Source: Nageia nagi (Eukaryota; Plantae; Pinophyta). From it: a stretch of 64,000 bases of DNA. The position numbers and the translations under genes were made by a program. The notes under the pieces are model-generated. The model did not search any database and was not told the DNA's origin. It worked only from the letters and a program-made list of their open reading frames with translations. Shown piece after piece: positions 40,961 through 52,800 of this stretch; the first letter of the stretch is position 1; every line of letters starts with the position of its first letter. The DNA lies in contig JBITNC010000001.1 in the NCBI GenBank assembly GCA_050084985.1, positions 181,040,001-181,104,000 of the forward strand, read 5' to 3'.

Positions 40961-41758
40961 TTTAATTTAGTTTACGATTTCAATAAAAAAATAGAAATTT
41001 GAAAAGAAAGATACGAAAATAATGTTGAAAATAGTCACGTTTAGTACAAACCATAAAAGAAAGAAAGTAAGCAATGAGGTTTTGAATTACCTCTGAATTC
41101 ATTGTAGAGGGCCTCGCTGACTCCAAATTATTCACAAACTTTGAATTCCTCGCCCACCTTTTCAAAAGTCTCCAAGTCCCATCTGCATAAGCTTTATCAC
41201 CCATGCAAGTGCTCTAATACCTGTCCATGATATTAAAAAATATTAAAAAAATTCAACTTCACTCTCATGCTTTATGTTGATAAGATAAAATCTATGTAAT
41301 TTTATTTTTAAATTCATAGAAAAAATGGCAAAACAGCTTGAGGGAACAGTGTCATGGATGAATTAGTAAATAATATATATGAAATTGGTAAAAATTATTA
41401 ATAAAACTATGTTTGTATGATGCATACATGTCTCACTGCGATCATCTACAAAGATAAATAATTATTTCAATATTTTTTCTTGTAACAAAGTATAAGGTGC
41501 AAAAATAAATAAATTTTTAGTGTTTGATAACAAACCTGTAGTGATTGCAGATTTGTCTGAGTATATATTCATAATTTGTACTCTGTGTTGACATACCTTC
41601 TTCATGTTTTATGTAGGCACATCAGCTTGAGGGTACCATGTGATGGATGAATTAGTAAATAATAAACATTTATTATCGCAGGATATACACAAAATGGTTT
41701 ATTAGGATATTACAGCAGCTTGTGTTTTATACTATTAGGGACCTTCCTGTGTTTGAAG

Positions 41759-43660
41759 TTTCCTTTTGTATCCCAAAGTGGAAAAATAAAAAAATTGGTA
41801 GCCAATCACAGAGATTCAAATGTTTCAAAGCTGGAGTTTCTTGGCTTACCTGGAGCAGAGAAATTTGAATTAACTACAAAGTTCTGTTATGGTATCAATT
41901 TTGAAATCACGACCTCAAATGTGGCTTCTCTTTTCTATGTCATCGAATACCTTGAAATGACAGAAGAATATGCTGAAGAAAATCTAGTTTCTTGAATAAA
42001 AGCATATATGGAAGAAGTTGTAAGTCAAACCCTTGAAAAATCCTTGGAATTCTTACAAAATTGTGAGAATCTGCTTCCTTTGGTAGAGGAATTGAAGATA
42101 GTGAGTAGATGAATTGATGCGATTGATTCCAAGGCTTGTAGAGAGAAAATGGCATCAAGTTTGTCACGGTTAGACTACAGCAGTTCGGGTCATCTCCATA
42201 GTAATGGTCAGCCAAAGAATTTGGGAGATTGGTGGATTGAATATATCTCCATGCTTTGTCTTGACATGTACTAGAGAGTTATAGGAGCTATGAAATCCAG
42301 AGGTGTATGACATGAGAGCATTGGGGCATCGCTTATGCATTATGCTCAGCATTCTCTGAAAGGATTGAGTAAGAAGCTAAGCGTGTGGGATTCCACTACA
42401 AAAGCAAATATAAATGCTGCTACAACCATGGAACATGAACAACAGATACTTGTGGAAACTATTGTGAACCTCTTGCTTATAGAGAAGAATTCAGTGCCTA
42501 TAAGCTTTCTTTTTGGGTTGCTGTGCACTGCTATAATGCTTGATACAACTATAGCTTGCAAGCTTGATATTGAGAGAAGGATTAGTTCACAACTAGATTT
42601 TGCAACCCTTGATTATCATCTCATTCCATGATTCTTACATACTTCCTAGGATACCTTTTTCGATGTGGACATAATTCATTGAATACTGAAAACGTTTTGC
42701 AGCAAGATGACAATGAGGATCAGATGGATTCTCATTCTGTTTATGAATCTGATGGTATGGGTTCCCCATCACAAATTGCAATAATAAAAGTTGCAAAGCT
42801 AATAGATGGCTACCTTGTAGAAATTGCACCAGATGCAAACCTAAAGTTGTTGAAATTCATAGCCTTGGCTGAAATTTTACCAGATTATGCACGTGTGGGG
42901 GATGATGGATTATATAGGGCCATTGATATCTACTTAAAGGTAACGTTTACATTTCTTGTATTTGGCAACCTATGTCTTGCATTTTCATTTCCAATAAGCA
43001 AAATCTTTGAGAGTTTCATCTTCTGTTAAGGTTAATTTACTATTGGTTTATATTTAAATCACTGTGGTTCTAGAAGTTCTCTATGCTATTTTTGTTAAGT
43101 TACAATTCTTTTTCTACCTATATTCTAGGCACATCTAGGGTTGTCATATATGGAGTGCAAGAAACTCTGTAAACTTATTGATTTTCAAAAGCTTTCACAA
43201 GAAGCATGTGATCATGCTGCTCAGAATGAATGCCTTCATGTCCAAGTTGTGGTTCAAGTGCTTTACTTCGAACAGTTAAGCTTACAGTATATTATTTGGT
43301 TCTCATGGAGATGGAGAACCAACAACAGTTTATCAATCTCAAAGGATTAGTAGTGGTGTTCTCACTGCTGCTATGTCTCCTAGGGATAATTATGCATCAT
43401 TAAGACATGAAAATAGAGGGCTCAAACTTATGATAGCCTGAATGTGGATGAGATTGAATAACCTTGAGAAAGAACATGTTTGTATGAAACAAAATATGGA
43501 AAAGTCCGGCTCTAACAAGTTTATGACCTCATTCCCAGCGAATTTGGGTAGAATGCAAATCTTTTCTTGTAACGATTCAAGAGATCAGAGTGCACCCTCA
43601 AAGCAATCACAAATGCATGATCCTAAATATTCAAGGAGAAAACGACATTCATTATCCTAG
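41759..43660 (+). pseudogene. NPH3/RPT2-like (NRL) BTB/POZ-NPH3 gene fragment; last two exons plus GT-AG intron 42940-43128
   Basis: ag|FPFVSQSGKIKKLV...PGAEKFELTTKFCYG...DWWIE...[13 protein letters not shown]|gt...ag|AH...CKKLCKLIDFQKLSQEACDHAAQNE...SPRDNYASL...TAG. In-frame stops (e.g. 41993, 42110) and frameshifts. 5' exons absent. Confidence 0.92.
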
Positions 43661-45319
43661 TCTGTAAATTTTTCAACTTTGAAAGGTTTGATATCACTCT
43701 TGCTTTCCATATAAGTGTAAAATCAATTCCCACAGAATAAACTGCAAATCTGAAGTCTTAGATCTCAATGACTTACAATGACTCACAGAACCTTGAAACG
43801 CATTTGAGGAATGCTATTTCTATTGCCAAGTCGATTTTGATGACTTGTATATCTTAATAATATTTCTGTGCAGGAGCATGTATTTTTCCTGAATCAAAAT
43901 AGTTTAATGGAAATCTGTAGATTCAAACTTACTTTTGTTAGAGCAATTGCTGAGTCAATAACATTATGTATTCAAAGGTCTAGACAATGGACCTTATATT
44001 TTCCCTTAGGTCGCTATTTTTCAACTCATCAAATTTATGAAACTTACTTTGTTCTATTTGCTACTACAATTTGCATAATATAGACATCTTGTTATTTTTT
44101 TTCTTTGGTGAAGGGATAAGGACAAAGATTTTATAGTTGACAAGTAGCATTCATATAATCAAACATTGGTAAAATAAGATAACGATGGAAAATAGACTTA
44201 TCACAAGCTAATGCTTGACTACTTTCACTTTTCTGATAAATTTTTACCGAGGAAATAATATTATGACTATAGTCTTTGTATGTGGGCACTCTTCGCTGCC
44301 TTGGAAATAATATTTTATGATAGAAACTCTTGATGATTCAAGGGAGAACGCTCACAACATAGCTATTTGCATGCCAATGAAGTTCTTACGATAGCAGTGG
44401 AAACTCATCCAGCTCTATCAATTTTGCCAAAATGGGTGCATTTAAAGACATTAAATCATAAAAGGATAAATTATAGTTAAAATGACATGCTATATGTTGC
44501 TATGATGTCACTAAATATAAACTTAACATACTTATGTAATTCATCACTTGATTCTACATTTAGAACTATTTCAAATTATGCTATACATTTGGGTAATATG
44601 TTTCATCTTGCCACTTTAAGTATTTTTCAATTTTCCACTAGTACAAAAATAGTATCCTATATCAGTTTAGGTATTTTTCAATTTTCCACTAGTAAAATTT
44701 ACTTAATTCTTGGATGACAAGAAGAAAAAAATAATATTAAATCTGCCTGAGGCTGGCATTGTTTGTCCTTTAAGTAAAGTTGAGGTTTTAAATATAAATG
44801 GCTTACTGATTCATTATATATTAATGGAACTTCCAAGTTGGCAGGAATTCAACATTAAGAAAATGTAAAAATTTAATAAACATTTAATTGCTCTCTTGAA
44901 TTGTGTGCACACACCAATTATGTTTAAAGCAAGCAGATTATCAGATGCAAAATTTTTATATAGTAAATCCAGACTCTGCAACCTTTGCCAACATTCTACC
45001 AGCAGGTGGCATAGCAGAAGGTATGAACATCCATAAAAGAGTAGTTGAAATCGGTTTTGCATCAAATTTTGTAGTTGTGAGTGCCCTGATAGACATGTAT
45101 GTAAAATCTAGAAGCTTAGAGAAGGCACACGAATTGTTTGACAAGATGCATGATGCAAACACAATTTCCTGGAATGCAATGATTTTAGGATATGCACAAA
45201 ATAGATACAATGAAAGGTCCTATGAGTTTGATAAAATTCCTCATTGAAACTTGAATCTCATTGAATACAATGATTGCAAGATATGTAAAAAATGGATTTT
45301 CTAAAAAGGCCCTAGAAAG

Positions 45320-47650
45320 AAATAAAGAAACTTTATTAATGTCCATGAGAGACCAAGAGCGATCTATGGGACTGTAGAGGGAGTACAACTGTATGTCATT
45401 GCTGGGAGTGGAACATGGGACACATGACATAGCAAGGTACACAATGACCAACTCTGCCAACTCTCTTGACTATATAGATGCTCTTATTGGTGCTGCTCAG
45501 CCCTCTTTGGCTAATGGTCCTATTTCTCTACAAGTTTTTCCTAATTATCTTGTCAGTATTGAATTAAAGTAGACAAATACAGTAGAGGATTAGCATAATA
45601 GCTAGAGGTGTAAAGCCCGTAAATCCTATGGATAGGGTGTGATATCCGTAGCTTTTCTTGAATTAACTCAAATGGAAACTGTAATTCCTGCTGGATAATC
45701 AGAAGTAGCAGGAATTACAGTTTCCATTTGAGGTAATTCACTCTGGGTTTCTGGATAAGTAGCAGGAATTACAGTTTCCATTTGAGGTAATTCAAGCAAA
45801 GCTATGACAACCACACCCTATCAACAGAATTTATGAGCTTTATGCCTCTGACTATTTTGCAACTCCTCTGAAAATGATGCTAAATAAACCTTTTTCATAA
45901 GAGGGTTGTGTATCTCACCACTATTATAATACAAATACTCCATATGACACATATAGTTATCTGTTTTACTAAGATCACAAATTTTCTGAAGAAGAAATTT
46001 GTGCTTATTTTTGCCTTCTTCCATTTGCCAATTACCAACAAATTAATTAATTAAGGCATTGTTAAAAGCAAGAAAATCCCTACGAAGAATACACTCTTTT
46101 TGAAGAGCTGGCAGAGTTTTCCACCATGTTCTCGGCAGCAAGCCTCTATAGGAAAATATTTAGAATCTATTTTTGATGACTTTATAGATCCTGCAATTCA
46201 AAAGGATTTATGGTAAGAACATACTTCTATTCAAAAACATAATGTATGGTGTACTTGTGATGAGTGCTTAGTTTCCCAAGGCTTACTTATTAAACCTGTC
46301 AAAACATATAAGCCGGATTTGCCAATAAGGCATGAGGAAAGTAAACAGTGGAGAGAAGAACATACTAAGATATTTCTTTAGTTTATCAAGAAGGCTCAAG
46401 CTAAAATAGAAAGCTTAATGGCAATAAGTGAGCAAGTTCTATTAGAAATAGAGTATGAAGCTAAAATTGCTAAAGCTTCCATTGCCATGAATAAGTCATT
46501 ATTCAAGAGCCCATTCCTCACATTATATTTTAAGTTTTCATATCTTAAGGCTTATCCAATTGACAACATGATAGATATAGGGGTAGATATATCACTTTAT
46601 CGTAAGTATGATATTCCTTTAGATGAATGGAAGCCTTAAGAGACGGTAATCTATTTTAATTCAAAAAGAGAGGTTACTCAGTCTGTAGCATACGTACCAG
46701 TCTTGATTAGCGAAGAAATAATTTTATTTAGATTTTTTTTATTTTGATCTACTCACCTATGATTGGCTAGTAGGCTCAGACAATCTGGAGCCTTACATGC
46801 AAGATACAAGTTACACCCATATAAGATTTAAAAATGGATCAGTTTTTCCTTTAACCAAAGAGTTTATTTGCAGATATCCTTTAGAAAAGGATATGAAAGG
46901 ATCTAAGGGAAAAAAATTAGGACGGATGGTTAACCAAATACAAGCCAATACCATTGATAAATATCTTATTTCTACAAAGATAAAAACTAATATGTGTTCT
47001 GACAATCCTCCAGCTTTCCGACATAGAAAAGAATATTTTTACAGGATTCAGTTGGCCTCTCCTTTCAAGTCCAAACCTCACCACAAAGGTATGATCCCAT
47101 CTCTAGAAAAAGAATGTCAGAAAGAGATTCAAGGTCTGAGTGAGAGTCCTAGAATTCCTCTTGCGAGTTGTGAAGCTCTCGTCCAGAGTTAGCAAGAGAA
47201 GTAAGTCGTAGTAAGTTAGCAAGACTCTCGTGGAGCTTGTGAAGTGGGGCACACTCCTAGCTGAACTAGTAATATAGGTAGTGTGGTATTGTTATTGATG
47301 GGATATATCCCTTATGAATTTTACATCCAGTTGATAGCGAAGAAGCTGAAGCTCTATGCTAAAGCTGAGTTCGTAAAGGTAATATACTGTATCTCATCTT
47401 TGTAAGAGTACAATCTGTTCAGAGAGGTATCCTCTCCCTTCGATTCAAGGTGTAAGAGAAAATCTTCTCAGATTTAGAGTGTGTCGATGACTTGATCCTT
47501 TGGGGATTCAATCCATTCCATACTGTAAATATACTATTTAATATAAGTACTGTTGTTTGACCCTACAATTCTACCGTGCATACATATATTATTTCTCGGA
47601 TCTATGTGTACTATTTAAATTACTTATTCTGGAGTAAAATATTGAGGGAA
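45320..47650. mobile_element. Rearranged endogenous caulimovirid (plant pararetrovirus) fragments
   Basis: + strand MP core LLMSMRD...DALIGAAQPSLANGPISLQVFPNYLVSI (45330-45565). - strand coat protein RTWWKTL...FLLQKICDL...YYNSGEIHNPLMKKVYLAS (45860-46140). + strand HNVWCTCDEC, protease MIDIGVDIS..IPLDEWKP and pre-RT CSDNPPAF.HRK...HKGMIP..CQKEI (46150-47135). Non-coding, intergenic-like 47135-47650. Confidence 0.85.
45597..45856. repeat. Imperfect ~96-bp inverted repeat with an internal 37-bp direct duplication
   Basis: 45597-45692 is the approximate reverse complement of 45761-45856. agtagcaggaattacagtttccatttgaggtaattca occurs at 45704 and 45758. Confidence 0.9.
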
Positions 47651-48869
47651 GCTTGACCATTTAAAAAAATGCAATTACTAAATATAAAGCCAAACTCTGC
47701 GACCTTTGCCAGCATTCTTACAGCATGTGCCACAATGGGAGCTCTAGAAGAAGGTATGTACATCCATAAAATGGTAGTGGAAAATGGTTTTTCATCGAAT
47801 GTTGTGGTTGTGAGTTCCCTGATAATCATGTATGCAAAGTGTGGATGAATACACAAGGCCCAAGAATTGTTTGACAAGATGCATGATGTAAGCATAATTT
47901 TATAGACTGCCATGATTGGAGGATATGCAATTCATGGGTACAACAAGGATGCCCTAAAGCTTTTTAATCTGATGAAACACTTGGGAACCAACCCTAACAA
48001 CATAACCTTTGTATATGTTCTATAACCTTTGTATATGTTCTACTTGCGTGCAGCCATGCAGATCTAGTGGATGAGGGTTGTAAATACTTGAATAGCATGT
48101 GTGATTCTTATTGCATTATTCTTGGGATTTATCATTATACATGCATTGTTAACCTTCTTGGTCGTGCAGGTTATCTTGGGGAAGCTTTGAACTTCATTAT
48201 CAAGATGCCCATAAAATCTGAATTGCATGTGTGGATGTGTCTGCTTGGTTCTTGTAGATCACATAAGAATGTAGGAATAGGGGAATTTGTGGCAACAATT
48301 CTTTGTTTATTAGAGCCTATAAATGCTTCATTTTGTGTTCTTATTTCAAATATTTATGCTGAAGTGCGAAGCTGGGATGATGTTCAAAGAGTAAGGACAT
48401 TGATGAAAAATAGAGGAATCAAGAAGATACATAGACGTAGTTGGATTGAAGTTGATAAAAGGGTACATGCTTTTCTTGTCGGAGATAAATAACACCCACA
48501 AATACAGGAGATCTATAGAAAATTAAAGAAATTATCTAGTGAGATGAAGGTAATGGGATATATTCCAAATACAATACCTATGTTGCATGATTTGGAGGCT
48601 GATGTTAAAGAATTGCTTCTCTGTTAGTATAGTGAAAAGTTGATAATTGCTTTTTGGTTGTTAAAGACCCCCCTGGAACCAATACTAGAGTTGTGAAGAA
48701 CCTTCGAGTATGCGATGACTACCATAATGTAACCAAGTTTACCTACAAGATTGTTGCAAGGGATATTGTTGTAAGGGATGTGAACTGATTCCATCATTTG
48801 AAACATGGAAATGATGAGTTCGCAACAAATGCAACACATAATGAGTAGGGTTTAATGAAGAAATCCTAA

Positions 48870-49500
48870 ATCGCTCTTATCAGTCTCAAGCAATACTGAA
48901 ATTTTCCCATAATAAATACATTACTTATCCACGTCTCTACCTCACGGAATTTTCTCAAACACATGCCATGAATCCTAAACCTCTACTTAAACTGTAAGCA
49001 CAATATTTTATAAAATTACAAAAAAAACAATCTTACTCTAAGCGAGCTCAAATCTTTACAGTTTTTTCAAAAATATATCCTTTTTAGGGCTAATTTGAGT
49101 TGAACGCCATACTTAATACCAAAAGAAAAAAGATAACGCGTTTAACAGGGAAAATTTATTGCCTATATATAAAGATACGAACACACGAATAAATAAAGAA
49201 GTTTTGGTACCTCCAATCAAGGGCAACTACTTCAACTTTGAAAGTATTCACCATTATTCAAAAAAATAGCGCAATCGTCTTCTTTTTCCTCAGCCTGCCA
49301 TAACATCTTGTTGAACACATTCTACTGGCCGTTAGGGTTTTCGAGGAATCGAGCTTAGTTATTTTTTCAATCATTTTTAGTTTAGCGCCATTCAACATTT
49401 TTAGTTTGGAACTTTCAAATTTCAGTCCGGGTTGAAATTTGATGTTTGCTCTTGCCCGTCAATAAATTTTTCATGACGGTTTCAATACTGTAATGCCCAT
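48870..49500 (-). promoter_or_regulatory. CpG-retaining putative CACTA promoter/leader
   Basis: Local cluster of CpG in a CpG-poor window. TATA-like tatatata at ~49164-49171. Lies at the transposase-upstream end of the element. Function is inferred. Confidence 0.35.
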
Positions 49501-49810
49501 CAATATACCTAATTTTTTTTTATGTTCTTTGAAATAAATTAATAATGTAATTAAATTATTTCTTTTGTAAATTAAATATAAATATTTTTAATTATATATA
49601 AATATTTTTAAATAAAAAATATGTATAAATATCAATATAATAATTATAATATTTAATAAATATAATATTTTTTTTACTATTATATATATTTTTTCCTAAC
49701 GGTAATAAGAAATATTTCCACTTCATATGTGACAGTTAATAAAAACAATTAGTAATAAAAAACATTTAAAAAGGTTACAAACATTCAATACGGGTGGCAA
49801 ATTTCAACCC
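49429..49810. repeat. Perfect 13-bp inverted repeat pair around an AT-rich core (MITE-like)
   Basis: gggttgaaatttg (49429-49441) / caaatttcaaccc (49798-49810). No clear TSD. Confidence 0.4.
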
Positions 49811-52800
49811 TAGTTTTAGTCTTGTCAATTTGAGTGTAAGCACTAACTCCTACCAATCACAAGAAGAAATGTTAATAAATTTTTATTAATATTATGTGGA
49901 ATAAATTATTAATAGCCTTTGAAACAAAGTTATTATTTGATATTTTACTAAAGATATTTATCCTTCAAATATTAATGTTGAATAAAAAAAGTTTTCACAA
50001 ATAAATAACCTTAAGGTATAAAATTTAGAAATTTATGATTGGTAAGTTACATAGAATAAATGTTGAGGGTCTTTATTAAAGGCATTTAAAGAAAATGAAA
50101 CTAAAAATAATTTGAATCAATTTCAAAATAAATAAAAGAGAAAGGTCATTCTTTAGGTAATATATTCACTTACCAAATTGTCGAAGCTAGATATTAATGA
50201 CCTAATATGTCTAAAGATACAATGATGCTTAAAATTATCATGTTTCTCAAATTACAGACCTTGTGATTTTACCTTATGAATAAATTAGTCATCTTTTTAG
50301 TCATTTATAATTATGAATTGTAAACAAATAGTACAATTTGATCAATTTTAGTCACATACTCATATATCTACCAAAATTCTACTAGTGATTTGGCCATAAT
50401 TTTTTCATCATGACATTACGTTAGGAGGTTTTATTGTTAGTAAACTTTTGTATGAGTGGTTAGTGGTGTGATGTCAAGAATATAAAAAGTTATTGTAAAT
50501 CATTATTGATCAAAGATATGTGGAGTCTATATCATTCATGGTCCATGAATTGTATAATTGTATAGATCGAATTATCACCCAAGTTGTTGATTTGATTTTA
50601 TTGATGAATATGTTTAATGCAAAAAGAATTATGAAATTTTTTTTATATCATTTTGGTGTTTGGTTACATGATAATATGAAAAATATATATACCACATGAT
50701 AATATAAGATGACATGATAAAAAATATATAGACAATGTTATGTGATGATGATGTTGATACGTGATGATAAGATAGCTCATGATAGTGCTAGGAGATGAGT
50801 GACTGGTCCTACTATGAAATTTTCCATACTAGATAACATCAAAAGGAGTTGGCTTAGGATTGACTCCTAAAATACCAAGATTAATGTGTTGATGAATGTA
50901 CTAATTAAGTTATGGATGTATGATTACTAAGATATACGATAGTGCTCATGTTGATGGTCAATGTTTTAATTAAAAAATTATGTGATGAATGAAAATAATG
51001 CTTTAATTATGATGATGTGCCAAAGGAGTTTGTTATATTCTAACACATTATCTATTCTCGACTTCACAAAACCCTAAAATTTTAGACCTATTTATTTTTA
51101 TTGAATTTAAGCACTAAATGGTGTAGGAATGGACAAGAAGATCCATATAAGCATATCAATGTTGCTAGTTAGTCAACACCCATATGGCAAGATTGGTCAA
51201 ATTTGAATTAACCAAACTTGATCAGAATTCTTCTGGTATTCACTTCTTAATGCTCATGATCCAGTTGGAAGATGCCACATAGGTGATCTCGCCATTTCTT
51301 TTCATGATTTGTGCAACAAACATTCTGGTCACAACTTAGTTATTTCCTACTTGGGTCCCATATCACCTGACATAATGTTCATCTAAAAGGTTATACATCT
51401 TTCCCTAATGGTAACCCTTTGATTCATAGGTGCATATAGATTTTCCTAGATAATCTTCCATATGAAATAGTTAAGCATCATTAACTATGGAATAGTCATC
51501 ATACCTCTATTTGCTAAACTATAGGTAGTAGCACTACTAGTTACCTTTCTATGGTAATTGTAGTTTTATTGATTGCTACCCTCATCCGATAATCTATCCA
51601 AGATATGACACTAGCCTACCCATATCTATTAGCTAAGTTCACCATGATGTTTGGGATCTCTATTCCCATATCTTAGGGAGCCATAAGTATAAGAATAATA
51701 CCCTAAGTGGTTTGTATAGTCTTAAATTTTTTAAGTAAGATTATAAAGAAAACCATCCCCACTCTAACGTTCCTAGAAATAATTGATCTTGGATCATTTA
51801 TTAGGTTTTGTATGTTTCATGCTTGAATTAAGCAGTAGGATGTTCTTACAATATACTTAAAAGCAAATAAATCACTTTTCACATTAATAAGCATGTTTGA
51901 TAAATGAAAATAATAAATTCATCAATCCTGCATAAAAAGTTTCATATAAGCTTATTCATGAAGCCATTAAAGAATATTCAACAATACTTTACTATAATAT
52001 CCCATATGCATGATGCAGTACAAAGAATATTACTTTAAAAGTCGATCACATACCAGAGAATAATAATAAGCCTTGGGATGCTTCTAAAAGTGGCTACTTC
52101 TATCAATAGATTGCAATGTAGAGTATAAAATACTCAAGGAATATATTTTGGTTTTCATCTTATGAACTTACAACAACAAGGGTTTGACTAAGTTTTCTTT
52201 ATATACAAGTGTCCTAATCATTTTTCAATTCATAACTTTTACTTAAACTAGTTTGTTTGTATGTTCATCACATCTAGTGATCAACTTCTAATATTGATTT
52301 GAGTACTCCTTTGCCTTTTACATTCCTTCTAGGGTTTTAGCTTCTTCATTAAGTTTCTTTATAGGATCACCTAAAATCCTAACATTTTATTTAAGCTTAA
52401 GCTAAGTACTAAGAACATTACCATATTATTCATTTCACTCGAAAGCTATGTAGGCAACAATTACCTTTATCATTTTAAGATCTTAAAGTTGTTTACAACT
52501 CCATCATTTCATTGTCTTAATGAGTCATTAAAAGTTTATTACCTATAAACCATTATATTTATTAGCATTAGGGAGATTCTCTTTCAACATCAAACTATCC
52601 ATGTACCTTAATATAGTTCATTAAATTCACAATAATCATATAATTAGGTTAGGGAATCTATTGTGATATTTACTTTGTATTTCTTATAATTTTAACACAT
52701 TAGGGTTCATGTATCATTATCTTAAATGTCCTTAATTTTAACATAGTCTCATAAATTATTTAGAAACATAATCATAGGATGAGACAAAATATACTTGGAT

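Larger units (their letters stand above)
44935..48810 (+). pseudogene. PLS-class PPR-E-DYW (RNA-editing-factor type) gene fragment, interrupted by a viral insert
   Basis: PDSATFANIL...SALIDMY...AHELFDKM...KALE | insert | FKKMQLLNIKPNSATFASIL...HYTCIVNLLGRAG...LLGSCRSH...SWIEVDKRVHAFLVGD...YSEKLIIAF...VVKNLRVCDD...FHHL. Stops before CSC.DYW. Confidence 0.92.
33529..50387 (-). mobile_element. CACTA (En/Spm) DNA transposon carrying captured host genes and an endogenous virus fragment
   Basis: Left end cattagta (CACTAGTA with one C>T), right end tactagtg. 3-bp TSD ATT at 33526-33528 and 50388-50390. atgactaaa/tttagtcat subterminal repeats at both ends. TnpD-like and TnpA-like remnants inside. 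Confidence 0.85.
19671..50668. mobile_element. Probable solo LTR (~3.8 kb net) hosting the Ogre and CACTA insertions
   Basis: Begins tgtaatgaccc, ends tggttaca, with TGATA on both sides. The flanks rejoin into the same ccacatga..gacatgata repeat. No second LTR copy is seen. TGATA is common locally, so the TSD is weak evidence. Confidence 0.55.

Noticed and set aside
41759-43660. Functional NPH3-family gene
   Set aside because: 5' exons are missing and there are several in-frame stops and frameshifts.
46418-47192. Gypsy retrotransposon protease/RT
   Set aside because: Adjacent movement-protein and caulimovirid-type CP and pre-RT motifs, and the absence of LTRs, favour a pararetrovirus.
44903-48810. 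Functional PPR-DYW gene with a 2.3-kb intron
   Set aside because: The interruption carries viral motifs and lacks GT-AG ends. Both halves have stops or frameshifts.
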